Assembly: GCF_009834535.1 (NCBI RefSeq)
Contig: NC_045696.1
Location: 65,846,001-65,910,000, forward strand
Origin: Camelus ferus
Taxonomy: Eukaryota
Direction: 5' to 3'
DNA: 64,000 nt
Each line of letters starts with the position of its first letter. Within the stretch, counting starts at the first letter, position 1. Below, piece after piece: positions 11,070-24,494 of the stretch. A model generated the notes under the pieces. The model ran no database searches. It saw nothing but the letters and a program-made list of their open reading frames with translations, and was not told the DNA's origin. Position numbers and translations under genes: made by a program.

Positions 11070-12930
11070 AGAACCATTATGACAGAAAGGTCCAAGTGAA
11101 AGACTGAAACTCTAACCCCCTAAGCCTTGGTTTCTATCCAAGAGACTAAAACAAAGCAGTATATCCTAGGAATAACTGAAGAGATTATTTCCACAAACAA
11201 AGACTTAAAGGACACAGGTTTGGAGTCATCATTATTCTCTATTCAGTTACCTGTTTGGCTCCTACACAAACCAGATAAATGGCAGATCATCGTAAACTAC
11301 CATACATGTAAGCAACCTCAGTCTCAAATGTGGCTGCTCCAGTAGGCGTGGTGGCTTTACTGAAAGAGATCGATAAGATATTTGGCATTTGGTCTGTGAG
11401 TACTGGTCATTATTTTCAATCCCCATCAGTAAAGAAACTCAAAGACAGTTCGTGTTTATGTGGAAAGAAAGAAATATACATTCACTGTCTTGCCTAATCG
11501 CAATGTTAATCCCATTTTTGGTCACACCGTAGTGTACGGAGAGTTTGGTCATGTTGGCTTTCTATAGAATATTGTGCTGTACAATCACAGTAATGGTATC
11601 TTCATCAGACTTCACATAAAATACTCTGGAAGGCTTAGTAGGACACACATGAGTAGGAGATAATCTCCATGAAGGTTCAAATTCTACCATATCAGGAAGT
11701 ACTTAGGGGTCCTATGACTTGGAGTCAGATGGGACATCTCCATTGGGATAAATTTATCTGGATTCTGGAGGAAGTGTATATTGCATTTGGACATATTGCA
11801 GTAATTACTGAGTGACTTGGAAGGCATACTGTTTTGAGTAGGGTGAAGAACACGTTTCACCAGACTGTAGTGAAAGCTGCTCTTTCTGTCGGGCCATATG
11901 ACCCAGCATATCTTGTCGTACTAAATAAGGATGATTTGTGGGGCCTCTAAAAAGCAATAGGAGATTACAGTACAGACCCTGGGTTTCTGGGGCAAGCATC
12001 AGAGAACTATCTGTTATTTGAAGACCGGCTCTAGGCATGTGAAGAAGAGTTGCTCATCACAAGCAGTTTATTATCAGATCCATCACGTTGTAAGGTCAGG
12101 TGAGTGTCACAGCAGTGCATTGTTGAATGGAAATGAATTTAAAATTAGGCCTGAGTATGTCCAGAGGGTCCAGATTCCTATGTTACCTACTTCTGTTGCC
12201 TGATGCTCTTCCTTCAATTTACCCCTATGACCTCTTTGGTCCCTATATACAAGTAACAGAAAATATTTATGCCTGGGTCACAGATGGATTGCTTTTATAA
12301 TGTTGGCCTTGAAGGAAAATCTCTGTAGACAAAGCTATAAGTTGTGGACTTACTCATCTTTGAAGATTCTGCTTGTTTGGAAGTGTTCCTTCCTAGGAAA
12401 TTAAGTAGAGGCAGTGCTTCTACCAGAGGATATAACAAGGTTCCTCTGATCTTAAAAACATGCCTATTGTTTGTTGGACATTTGTAGTTTCTTCTGCCTG
12501 TAGAATAGCAGGTAAAAAGGAGATACCACTTTCAGGATGATTGGCCTAGGTTATACAAAGGAGTTGCATTGCGGCTACACAAGGAGGGAAGAAAGGAGTG
12601 AGCCTTGAAGATTCACCAGAGCATCTCTTGGTGCCTCCCTGGCAATTATGACAACCAAGGTCCAACAAGAGTAAAGCCTCTGATCGCCTGAGGATAGAGG
12701 TCTCTCCATTATGCCTACAACCTATAGGGAGGCACTTACTGACCATGAGGGAAATCTAGAATAAGTGAAAGAAGACATAAATAATAGTCTCAGGAACACC
12801 TGCAGCAGGGGGGATTGTGACACTTAACCTTTTCCAGCCATCTATTAATGATTATTGACCATTTCCCTTGAGGACTAACATATCAGACTTTCTACAGAAA
12901 TGAGCAGTCCTGAGTGGTACAGGGATGGGA
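11070..12930 (+). mobile_element. ERV-L internal remnant (pol/RT and downstream), degraded
   Basis: ORF 11127-11345 KQYILGITEEIISTNKDLKDTG…PVWLLHKPDKWQIIVNYH resembles ERV-L RT (KQYRIPGGIAEISATIKDLKDAG…PIWPVQKTDGSWRMTVDY). Near 11415-11495 reads FSIPISKETQRQFVFMW / YTFTVLP. Ends at a purine-rich PPT-like gtggtacagggatgggag. Confidence 0.85.
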
Positions 12931-13160
12931 GCTAGGCTGGACTGCCTTGGGCTCTAGCCATTTCTGTGGCAATCAGCTGCACACAGGTCTCACCCGACAT
13001 CACCTCAGCTGAACTGTACGCTATATTTCTTGTCTCTGCCCGAAGGTTCTTGGTATGCCAACGCTTGAGAGCCCTTTGGCTCTGCTACTGCATGTGTGCA
13101 AGTCTGGATTAAGAGGGAGTTAATGCATCAGAGCCACTTCTTAAGTACTGGGAGACTCAA
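12931..13160 (+). mobile_element. Partial ERV-L LTR (LTR16-like), probably the 3' LTR of the preceding internal remnant
   Basis: Follows the PPT-like tract; gagggagttaatgcatcagagc resembles LTR16-family sequence. Confidence 0.45.
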
Positions 13161-13199
13161 TCCAAAGAACATAAATACTGCTGCAAAACCGCTTTATAA

Positions 13200-15145
13200 A
13201 GTGTTTTTTATTAATTAACAAATTCATCCCCCTACCATCAGTGTCTAGAAATTATCATTTCTACACATGTTTGCTAAAAGTTAGTATTATCTGTCCTTTT
13301 TATTTGGTAAATGTGTGTGCATCACATTTTGTTTTAATTTATATTTTCCTGATCACTTATAAAGCTGAGAATCTTTTCTCTTGTTTATTGCCCAATAACT
13401 TTTTGATATTTGGGTATTATCTTTTGTAATGTGACTGCTAAAGCCTTCTATTCATTTTTCTGTTGAGTTGTCTACTTTTTATATCGATTTGTTGAAGATC
13501 TTTATACATTCTCTATGGTAGCCTTTGGTTCTTATTTGTGTTAAAATATGTTGCTTTTCCTTACTATTATCTTTTGATGGATAGGATGTCTTGATTTTAA
13601 CACGTCTGAAGCATCAAGCTTTTTCATTATAATCAGGATTTTCCTATTTCAAGGGCATAAATATATTCCCTTATGCCTTTTTAAGAAACATCATTATTTT
13701 GTTTTTTATATTTAGATCTACAATCCAATGGGAATTGATTTAGGGGTAAGATGTAAGGTAAGGGTCAGATTCCTTTTTTGTTTCCTTCCGTATGGATACA
13801 TGATTGCTACAACATTATTTATGAAGAAGGCTGTCCTCACCCCATTGTTCTTCAGTGTCATTTTTTAAAATTATAAGTCAAGTATTCATATATAGTGCAT
13901 CCATTTCTGGACTTTCTTTTGTTCTACTGTATTTTTTCTATCCTTACATAAACACCACATGGTCTAAATCATTGTTAATTTTCTAATAAGACTTAATACC
14001 TGGGAATATAAATCTTTCACCTTTGCTCCTTGATTTCATCTTAAATTACTTGCATCTTTGGATTTTTACATAAGTTTTGAATCAATTTGCCAACTTAAAA
14101 AAAAAACCCTTTGTTGGAAGATCAATTGGGATAGCAATGAATATATAAAACATTTTGGAAGAAATGACACCTTTACAATTCTGAACATGGACTATTCCTC
14201 TATTAACTTTTAAAAATTTCTGTAATTTTTTATAGTTTTCTGTGGGAAGCATTTTTACATCTTTTAAAAAAACATTTGTTCATAGTTACGTGAAGTTTGT
14301 TGATGTTATTTTAAACAGTAGTTTATAAAGTTTTCTGGTTGCTGCTATAGAAAAATATCATTGATTTTATACATTAATATGTATATTTTATTATAACTTT
14401 TTCTGTATACATAGAAAACTCAAAGTATCTACAATCTGTTGCCTAAGTTTTGTTCTCAGTTTTATTTTTTCCTTTCCAATCATTATACTTATTTTTTCCT
14501 TTGTGTGTTCTGTGTTGGCCAGGACATACTATACATAGTTGGATAGAAGTGTTGATAACAACATCTTTGCTTTGTTCCCAATTTCAAGGGAAAAACTTAC
14601 AGTATTTTGTGATTACATATGATGTCTACTGCAGTTTTTTTAAATGAATACACTATATAAATTAAGCAGTTAAGAAAGATCTTATCCATTCCTAGCTTCA
14701 TATATCTGTCTTCTTTTTAAATCATGAATAGGTTTCAGTTAAATCATTTTTCCATATATACTGAGATATTTTCTCCTTTTCATCTGTTAATGTAGTGAAT
14801 AACATTGACGGATTTTCAAACTTAAGCCAATCTTGCACTGAAATACAAACCCTTCCTGGTTAAACTCTTACTTTCTATATATACATAGATTCAATATTTT
14901 AATGTTTTAAATATATTCTATCAATTTTTTTGGTTACTTTGATCCTTTGCATTTCCATACAAATTTTAGAATCACTTTTCAAAATCTAGAAGAAACACCA
15001 GAAGGAAAGACATTTTTCTGGCATTTTGATTGGGACTATATTGAGTCTATAGATGAATTTAGACAGAAATGTTATCTTTGTGATATTGAATCTCTCAATC
15101 CATGGATATGGCATATCCCATCTGTCATTTAAATCTTCCTGATCT
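13200..15145 (-). mobile_element. Old L1 (L1MD/ME-like) ORF2 fragments
   Basis: Antisense L1 phrases (gttttaatttatattttcctgatcac, gatcctttgcatttccatacaaattttagaatca). The same ORF2 region seems to occur twice (~14050 and ~14940), implying two fragments. Confidence 0.8.
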
Positions 15146-15269
15146 ATCTCAAAAATAAATCCTAGGACAGAATGTTAAATATTGTCTTATTATCTTAAAA
15201 CTTTCTTCTTTGCCTATCACTGCAGCCCATGTTTACATTTCAGTTCTCCTTTCTAATAGTTTCATTCAA

Positions 15270-16010
15270 CTTTTTACTAAAAATGTTGAAGGGGCAGAAG
15301 CACACATAGGTCACTAGGGATACCACTAGGGAAGCGCCCTTCAAGCTGATGTGAAGATTCAGTAGCCACTTCCTGGACGTGTTTTACTCAGGAAATTACG
15401 GATTCATCTATGCGGATTTTCATGCAGCCCTTACTTCTCCATCTTGTCTCAAGTATAGCATGAAATATTTATTCAATTTCGGATGGATTATGATTGTATC
15501 ATTCCTCGACCAGCAGGTATGGTCAGAGCTTTTAAAACATTTGCAAATTGAACATTCAGGGAAAAGGAGAGGCAATGCCAGACTTTCTGGAAGACTTCTT
15601 TTAGCAGCCTTGTGCTTGGCCAGCCTTCTTTCTTTACCTCCACTCTGCTCCTGTTAGTTTTAACTTTTACTCTTGCATTTTCCTTTGGGAATACATTTAT
15701 TCATTTCAATCTGACATATTTTTACTGCCTGGCTGGAACATCTTTGATCATTTGATATTGTTTGGGCCTAGAGTTTGGCTGGAGTTTTTGCTTCCAGTCG
15801 TAACACCTGCTTGTTCAACAGTTCAAATGATGAAACATCTGGATTCCTGATTAGACTGAATATTCTTTGTATGTTTCCATTCTGTCTCTGGTAATTGTTT
15901 GTGAAACTCCATATGTACAAAGTGAATAGTTCTATAAACATTTGATATTCAGCTGGAACAATGAATTCATCCCATATCAACTCTACATTATCACCATTTC
16001 CCACTTCTGG
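15270..16010 (-). mobile_element. CR1/L3 LINE RT-region remnant
   Basis: gggataccactagggaagcgcccttcaagctgat and cttacttctccatcttgtc resemble antisense CR1 RT sequence around the SGVPQG motif; heavily decayed. Confidence 0.45.
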
Positions 16011-16334
16011 GAAACCTCATTCTATACTGTTACTAACTTTCCCTCTGTAATCTTACCAAAGATCGATTTCAAGTTCCCATTGGTAGTTTGTGGGATCTAT
16101 ATATTTTGTCTATGCACAATCATAAAGTATCCTGTCTCCTGTAACCTGCTTTTTTTCACTTAAAAATATATCATGAAAATCATTAAGTTATATATCTGAT
16201 GATCACCGATCTTTCTTTCCTGATTATTTCTTCTCATGATTCTGAATTGAGATGATTTGATAAACCACAGGACAAAGAGAGCAACTACATTCTACAGAGA
16301 TTCAAGGAATTTGGAGACATCCAATAGAGATAAA

Positions 16335-16695
16335 GACCAGCTCAAATATAGCAAGTAGAATGGTGGTTACCAGGTGCTGAGGGGGTGGGGAAATGGGGAG
16401 ATGCTAGTGAGAGGGTCAAAACTTCCAGGTATAAGACAAATGAGTTCTGGGGGTCTGATGTACAGCATGGACATTGTAGTTAATTAAACTGTGATATACT
16501 TGAAAATTATTAAGAGAGTAAACCCTCAATATTCTCGTCACACACACACAAAGAGAAATGGTAATCATGTCACAAGGTGGAGGTGTTAATAATGCTGTGG
16601 TGGTAATCATTTTGTGATATGTAAGTGTATCAAATTGACAGGTTGTAAACCTTAAACTCACACAATGTGATATGTCATTTATGTAAAGTTGGGGG
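16335..16695 (+). mobile_element. L1 3' UTR fragment (L1MA9/laurasiatherian type)
   Basis: agtagaatggtggttaccagg…gatgtacagcatgg…aagagagtaaaccctcaatattctc…accttaaactcacacaatg. Confidence 0.88.
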
Positions 16696-19199
16696 GAGGA
16701 GTTGTTAGGATGATCCCCCAACTTCCTAGAGCTATTCTTGGACACAAAAGCTGGTGAACCAGATCTGATTCCCTGACTCAGAGGCAAAGCATCAGCTGAA
16801 AAATAATTCTAATTTCCCGGGTATCTCAACCTGCTGCACAAATTTGTGATAACTTATTCCTTGGAGCAATTTAGAATTTAGGGTGAGTTTTTAAAGAAAT
16901 CCTGACACTGCCTTGGTTTCTGTGACAAAGGGCAGAGGACAGGTCCTTTCCTTTACTAGGGCAGTCACTCTCTTACCTCCATTAACCATTGATATTTTTA
17001 TTTATATATTTGTTACTACTGGATAAACAAAATTTCTGAAAGTTTAATCTCATAAAAGTCTACTTGCAAGTATTGTATTGTCTCTAACACAGTCTATTTG
17101 TCCTTCAATATACTGCTTGAGTTCTTCTTCCATAAAGATTTTTGCAACCATGCCACCCCATGTCAGCTTCTTCCCTCGAACGTCTATGTCTATGGAACTT
17201 CAAATCCTCAAAGCTTGCAGATTCATGACAAAGTTATAAAGAAAGCTTGGCAATCTTCAGCTTGCCAATCCCATTTTATAGAAGGGAGTCTAAGACATAG
17301 AGAAGTTAGATAAATGAGTATGGTATGTCATTTCACATTGCATATATTATTTAAATATGCACATTAACACACATACATATGTTTGTGATACATGTATGCA
17401 CATAGGCATGTTTGCACGCACATAACGTATACATATGTAATACATTGTCTTAATTGGTCACCTTCTTGAGTGTTTCTTCTTTATCTACCTTGGTCCTAAA
17501 ATACAGTGTTAATTATTTACCTAATATATTGAATTAATTTGGAGGTGACCTTTACAAAATAATTTTATAAAGAACCCCAATCTATAAATAGATAATATCT
17601 ACCAATCATTCTTGGATAATAGAACAGTATTTAAATGTACTCCTTCAAACTCTTAATCCTCTCTGTGGCTCACTTGCTCGCTCGCTCTTTTGAATCAGGC
17701 TAGAAAGTGAGAAATGCCAACCAAACAAGTGGAGGTTTAATGGTACTGATCCTGTTCAGAGTTGTGCAGAGCAGTATAAGGATACAAGGAAAAGAAAAGA
17801 CATTCCAGCTCTAAGCACAATGAAACTTCTAGGTGGTTTGTCAAAGTGAGGTCAAATCCCCTTCTGAGGGGAAGCATTAAAAATTCTTTCCACTGTGCCT
17901 TTAAACAGCTTCTTGTGTGTCGGTTCAGATTCTGCTGCCAGGCTGAGCTGGGACATTCCTCATCTCTCACCACTGAGATGCTTTAACTATCTGTCAGCCA
18001 GCGGCAGCACTTGCTGAATAGGACAGCATTGGGTCATGCCCTCAGAAAAGGTGGCAAAAGAAGCTAGTTTGTCTGTTCCCTCTGCTTATTATTTATTTTA
18101 GGCAAATGTGAGTCCTTAGGTTGGAGACCCAGCACTGGTGGTACTAGAACGCACAATAATGGCCTAAAGAAGGTGACAGGGAGGGGTTGGCAGCCATCTC
18201 CCACTGGGGACAGCTGCAGGAGCAGGGTGTGGGGTGAACAGGGGGAAAATGTGAGTTAAAAAAAGTGTGCGTCTGGGTTCCTTTAATGGAGGCAGAATAC
18301 TGACTAGTAGGGCAAATTAAGTCCTTTCAGGGACGTCCAGATAAATGATTGGTTTGCATTCAAGCAGAAAATACCATTATTTCTGGCTTCGCGGAGTGTG
18401 AATTAGAGAGCAGAGATGACAGTTCCTCCTCTGTAACCTGAATGCATGAAAGCGCTAGGAGACCTGCAGGGAAGTGAGGGAGAAAAGCACTGCTTTTTCC
18501 TTTCCCCTCAAGAAATTTGTTGAGGAAGACTTTTAAAAAATATCCGATTAATGAAAGAAATTTATGTTCACTCACTCTGCAAAACCTCCATCCTGGATTG
18601 TGTGAAAGGTGTGATGAAGAGCGATGAGGTCCTGAAAGGATGGATCAGGCTGTTCAGATGCTCAGTCATGGTCCCAGCTGTGCTTGAGCAGCTGGTGGAG
18701 GCTGCTGGAGTTCAGGACCAGATAGTGCCAGGGTTATGATTCAGTGACCTGAATCAGAACGATCTGAATAAAAATGCCCTTTAATAATCTGAATCTTTGA
18801 AGTAAGAACAAAATGTTGAAAGGGAACATTTATATATTTGTGAAAAAACTCACTTTTCATTAAGCTAGAATAGGGAGATGATGGAAATGCAAAGAAATTC
18901 ATTGACCCCTAATGGAAAAATTTGAAGAAAAAGGCAATGCCACACATTAATGTATATAAATTTCGTATGTTTAATTTTTCAGTGTTAGTTTTAAAATACA
19001 ATGTCTAATGGCTATTAGATTCTAAATTAAAAATATTATTTAATTTTGAGATTTTGGTTTATGTTATTCAAGTTTATAATAACAGTTTTTTTTATCCTTA
19101 GAAACTGAAAAGTAATCTATGAAATTTAGAGAGTGACTTAACCACAGATGTACATATTGAAGTTGAAGAGTCATTTGTATGAATAAAAAGAGGTTTAAA

Positions 19200-19441
19200 A
19201 AGATGTAATGGACAGCATAGTGACTATAGTTAATAATTCTGTATTGCATATTTGAAAGTTGTTAAGAGAGTAAATCTTAAAAGTTGTCATCACCAGAAAA
19301 AATTTTTGTGTGGTGATGGATATTAACTAGATTTAATGTGGTCATCATTTTGCAATGTGTACAAATATCTAATCTTTATGTCATACACCTGGAACTAATG
19401 TAATGTTACATCTCAGTTATACCACAACTGAAAAAAAAAAA
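19200..19441 (+). mobile_element. L1 3' end fragment (L1MA-like) with A tail
   Basis: acagcatagtgactatagttaataat…gttaagagagtaaatcttaaaagtt…tacacctggaactaat…poly-A. Confidence 0.88.
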
Positions 19442-19554
19442 GTTTTGATACAAAAGTGGAAATAAAAAAAGGAGAAGGGAGAGAAATATTCATATTCATT
19501 TAATAGATGTAAGATGTAGAATGCACACATATATATTTAAATGTAGAAACTCAG

Positions 19555-19745
19555 TATTCTGTGGACCTGGATTTTAACCTTTGTTTTGTTGTATGTAGTT
19601 GTATGAGCTTGGATTATCTACCTAAACTACAATCTTCTCTGTAAAATGTGTGTAATTCCTACGTTACAGAGTTGTTTAAAGAATTAAGTGATATCACATA
19701 CACAGGGATTTAGTATTGCATCATGTGCATGGTAAACGCTCAACA
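19555..19745 (+). mobile_element. MIR SINE
   Basis: Core ctgtaaaatg…cagagttgtttaaagaattaagtga…catggtaaacgctcaa. Confidence 0.75.
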
Positions 19746-20162
19746 GTTTTTCATCCTTTCTATTTTCTTATTGTCCCCACATAGCTTGGTTCACTGTCAT
19801 TTTGGTTGTGTTAATTAAGAACCTCTCTATTAAGAACAAAAGGAGTCAATGAGAAAGACAAAAAGGTCTTCACCAGTACAGTCAGGAAAAAAGACTGAAG
19901 AGATCATTCAAACAGGCTCTGAATATTTAATAGATATTAGTGCATGGGAATAAATATGTGAAGGTTGGGATGGGGGTGTCTGTATAATGTCTGTTTTGAT
20001 GGCTACAAGGAGACTGGATTGGTTAAGTGTTCAGAAGTACAAGCGCCTTTTCATTCCTGCCTCCCCGCGCCTGTTTATTTATTCCAGTACAATTTTGGAC
20101 CAGGCTAATGTTTTCGTTGTCAGATCATATTTTACTCATCATGTACACAGGAAGACCTAGGT

Positions 20163-20176
20163 ATTGCCATGGCAAT
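20163..20176. promoter_or_regulatory. RFX X-box-like perfect palindrome
   Basis: attgccatggcaat versus consensus GTTGCCATGGCAAC. Confidence 0.4.
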
Positions 20177-20663
20177 GAGAAAGGCTGGCCTGCATTCCTT
20201 ACAGCATTGAATGCTTCAAAACAAACAAACTTGCACCACGGGCCCGCACAGTCTATTTCAGTCAGCATTAATGGCTCTGACAACCAGAGGCTCTTTTATC
20301 TGCTCTGTTCACAACAATTTGCTAATGATAATTAAAAATGCTTGGTGTTTGCCAACAATTCCAGAGCCACTGTCTTCAACTTACAAATAGAGAAAGAAGT
20401 CTTAGTACCCACACAAGCAATTTTTGACTAGAAAGTTCAAAGAAGTTGAAAAATATAAAACAAGGCAGAAGGATAAAACAGTTTTGATTTTGAGGAAAGA
20501 GGTTATATTACATTAACTTCAAAGCCCAAACTATTGCTCGGATAGAAAAGACACTAACAAATAAAAATAAGAGTTGGCATGAAATTTTATTAAAATTCAG
20601 CATATCCAGTTATTAGATGAAATAACTGATATGGAAGTATTTTACATCATTTAAAGTTCTGTA

Positions 20664-20835
20664 TCAGGGATACTTAACTCACAATTCACAGACAATGAAC
20701 TGGCTCCCGCAGGCAAATGTGTGCCTGAAATTTTAGACAGTGTCGTGAATTCAGTCTCATCTGTGATGCTTTTTCCTGGATAGAAGATCAATAGCTTAAC
20801 CGTTTTTCACACAGTTTGCTACCCACAAAGATTAT
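20664..20835. mobile_element. hAT-Charlie MITE remnant (MER103-like)
   Basis: cagggatacttaac…tggatagaagatcaatagctt…acccacaaagatta resembles recalled MER103C; degraded. Confidence 0.4.
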
Positions 20836-21009
20836 TATTAGGGTCATTATTTTTTATAGTCTTTGCATTTTCCTAGGTAGTCAAATTTTAAAGTTATATT
20901 GGGAAGTCATTTTAAAATATATTCTAAGAGCATCAAGAGTAATCTCTCTACTGTTGGGAATTTATCCTAGGTAGACAATCCAGAAGAAAAATAAGTCAAC
21001 AAACAACTA

Positions 21010-21530
21010 TGTATCAGTTAGGAAGTTTTTAGTTATCTCAATGAAAAAATATGGCTTAAAGTGTAAGAATATTTGACACCTCACATTACAAGAAGTGTAA
21101 AGACAAGAGTTACATGGTTAGTTAATTCAGTGATTAAGTAACTCCTTTCCCCATCTTTCTACTCTGCCTTCTCCATATGTTCACTAGCCACCAGGCTGGG
21201 GTCCCAAGGTATCAGGATGACAGCAGAGTTTCCAGAAGTAGAAAAGAGAGAACGCTTTTCATGTGTCTCCATTTAAAATCTTGAAAACTTTCCCAGAATT
21301 CCCTCTGCTGCCCCTCCCCTCTCATTGGCCCAAAGTGCATTGCATGCCTTTGCCTAAAGCAGTCATTAGCAAGAAGATGATCAGTTTCATTTTCTACAGA
21401 TAAGGAGAGTCCCAGACCACCTGAATGACAAGGTTGCTCAAAGGAGGGTGAAAAAAATTAAGGGCTTTGTTAGGTAGAAAGAAGTCGATTCAATGGCCAT
21501 GGCATAGACAAGTATCAGTACTGGTTACAG
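21010..21530 (-). mobile_element. Old MaLR LTR (MLT1J/K-like)
   Basis: tgtatcagttagga…tggcttaaa…ctcacattacaagaagt…ctcattggccc…catgcc. Confidence 0.65.
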
Positions 21531-23364
21531 TACACTGTCTAGGGGATTTTTTATTAAAAACTTTATTCTTTATGGTTAGATATTTTACACACAGGCAATA
21601 ACTGATAGTAGTATAGCCATATCTGTGACCCGATCACTTAGGTTTACTAAGTACTAACATTTGCTCAGATCTTTATTAAAGGAAGAAAATTACAAACTTG
21701 TACTCAACTTTGATTATATTTCCCTCTTTTCTTCCCCAGCTGTGACTATTAACTTGAATTCTGTATTTCCCTCCCCAGGCTGAATTTTCTATTTGTGCTC
21801 TAAATTGGTATATTGTAGGGAACTTTTAAAAAATCATTTGTGATTTTCCATTTTGGGTAAAGAAAATAGAACAAATATCAAGTTTGTGGGGGAAAACATA
21901 TAATAATACATTCCTAAGAATTTCTGACTGCAGGACGATTTTAATTCCTTTCTTCCTTAAGTTTGTTTCACCGACCTCAGTTAGGCAAGGGTCAATAAAA
22001 ATTAGGACCATATTTTACAAGAAATACTCTTTCAATCAAAAAGCCAGAGATAAGAAAAAAAAATCCCCTACCTGTGACTTAAAAATTTGAAGAAATACTT
22101 CAGTGAAAATCGTGTCCTTACAGCATACAAGAGTAGCAGGAAGAAGAGGGAAATGAACTCCAATTTTATTACGTAGGACACTGTCATAAGGATGATGCTT
22201 TGAAGGGCAACCGAATTCCTAAGCTCTCCATTTCAAATATATAACTGAGAATGGGGACCCAGAAGCACATACTCCAGGAGAAAGTATTGACACTGTACTC
22301 ATCACCAGCTATATTCATTCTGCAGGGCAGTTTCCAGACTACAGGTGTCCTGCCTGAAGGGCCAGGGAGTTGCTGTCCCTATTTGCTGTGCTGTCTGCAC
22401 CATCCAAAAAGACAGGTCTCTTTCCTTCTTTAAGACCTTGGATTTAACAGCACTCAATTCAACAGACTCATGTGGATAGATTAGGGAGTTTGGGACTAAA
22501 CCTAATTCCCACTGCCCATGATTGATTTAACTTGCTCAGGTACCAATGTGGAGCATGTCTTACTTATCTACTAAGTATAAGGTGTGTGGTAGTCAACAAA
22601 CCAAGATAAATTAAAAAAAAAAAACAACCCAACAGCTCACATATTAAGAAAGTCACTCTCTTTAGGTATAAATGAGATGTGATAAATGCTCTCTCAAGTG
22701 AATATTACAGGGTAGTCACATACTAGTCAGAAATTAGAGTTTACTGCATGGGTGTGGGAATGTTTCATGGAGGAACATTCCAGCTGGTTCTTGAAGGATA
22801 AGAAAGAGTTCACAGGTAAAGAAGAAAGGAAGAGAATGTCAGATAAGCAGGATACACTGTGTTTCAAACAGGAAAAGCAGCGCCAGTTGGCTCCTGGCCT
22901 CTTGAACGTCATCTCTTACAGAGCTCTTGTATTAGATCCATTTTTTTGGCTCTTAATGGACTGCAAATCTCTCATTTTGAGCAAATTTTTCTCAGTTCAG
23001 CTCCTGAGCCGAGGCTCCCCTTTAGTAACACTTTTTATTTAATTCTTCATTCCATCTTCTGACCTCCTTTGCATTCCTCGGAGGTAATTCCCTACTCAAA
23101 CCCAATACACTCATTACTCTTTCACAATAAACCTTGGCAATCCACTGGGACCGGAGCATTACTTTATAGCAACTGAAACTCGTTTACTTGTCTTCCAGCA
23201 CAGGGTGAGTTTAATCCTCAACCCTTCATCAAAGCTTGGGAAAAAATATTGTCTCCCAAAGAATGAAAAAATAGCAACATAATTATACACAGTAAACTAT
23301 CTGAATGTGTATGTCACATGCTACCCCAGTATCTCTCCCTGTTTTTATACTTTAAAAAAATTGC

Positions 23365-23560
23365 TGCATCTCAAGGAGCCTTTTAAGAAAGCTTTTCTGA
23401 ATTATCCTTTGATAAAATTTTAAATACCATAGATATACTGCTTATCTGTTCATATACTGTATCTATATCTGAATTTATGCATTAAAAATTAAGATTGTTT
23501 TGTCCCCTCAAGAATCAAATTTTACCTGCTGAGGGCGATATTGCCCTGTTGAGAATGCAT
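23365..23560. mobile_element. hAT-Charlie-type DNA transposon fragment
   Basis: Terminus gggcgatattgccctgttgagaatgcatg resembles a hAT-Charlie end. Confidence 0.55.
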
Positions 23561-24494
23561 GATTGACCCATTTATCCAAACATCTTCCACCTTCTTAAAA
23601 GGAAAAAAAAAAATCACTAAACTTCTGTGAGCTTCAATGAGCGTTTATAAAAAGTGAAACTTACTCTAATTCACAAGGAGATTATCATATATTATGACTT
23701 ATACAAGGGTCCTAGTATCAGAGTTATTATACAGATTGAATTTTGAACAAAACTAGGCAGAATGAACAGAAGTTTTAGCCAACATCTGGACAGTTTTAGA
23801 TCTCTAACTTCTGCTGTATGACCTCTGAATAATCTGTTTAATTTCCATATGAGTCTTTTATGGAAAGATTGTATGTATGTGTATAGCTAAGTGCATTTTG
23901 CTTATATTTTGTACAAATATATCAACTATGAAGTAATCTGTAGTCACCTAAATGGATGGTATAAGAATGCATTGATTGTTGGTAGAAACCTAACTCAACC
24001 GTTGAGAAGCAGACTCTTTTTGGGTAAAAGCTCTAGAATTCTCAAGGAAAGAGCACCTCCTCTATGCTGTATAAGTGAGGGGATTTCTGACAAGTGTCCT
24101 TATGTTATACGGTCTTCTAGAAACTTCTGATTGGATTATTTCCGGAATGCTAAAAAAAGCTGTGTTTTACTGAACACATGCTAAGTAATCAGGTTCCACA
24201 AAATAGTGTTATTTTGTCGAGTAAATGTTAAAAAGAATTGTCTCATAAAAAGGTAAGGTAGATTTTATTCACTTAATTAAATTCTAAGCAATTAAATGTG
24301 TAAAATTTGATTCCCACTCTAATGCAGGTTTGGGATTCAAATTAAAAAGAAAAAGTTCTGCTGATATGGAAATAATTCAGGCAAGATTCCTAGTCAGTGT
24401 AAATTCACTTGCATATAATTTTCTCTCATAGTGGACTGATTATGATGCTTACCTGTCAATGACCAAACAAGGTTTTCCACTTCCACATTATGTT

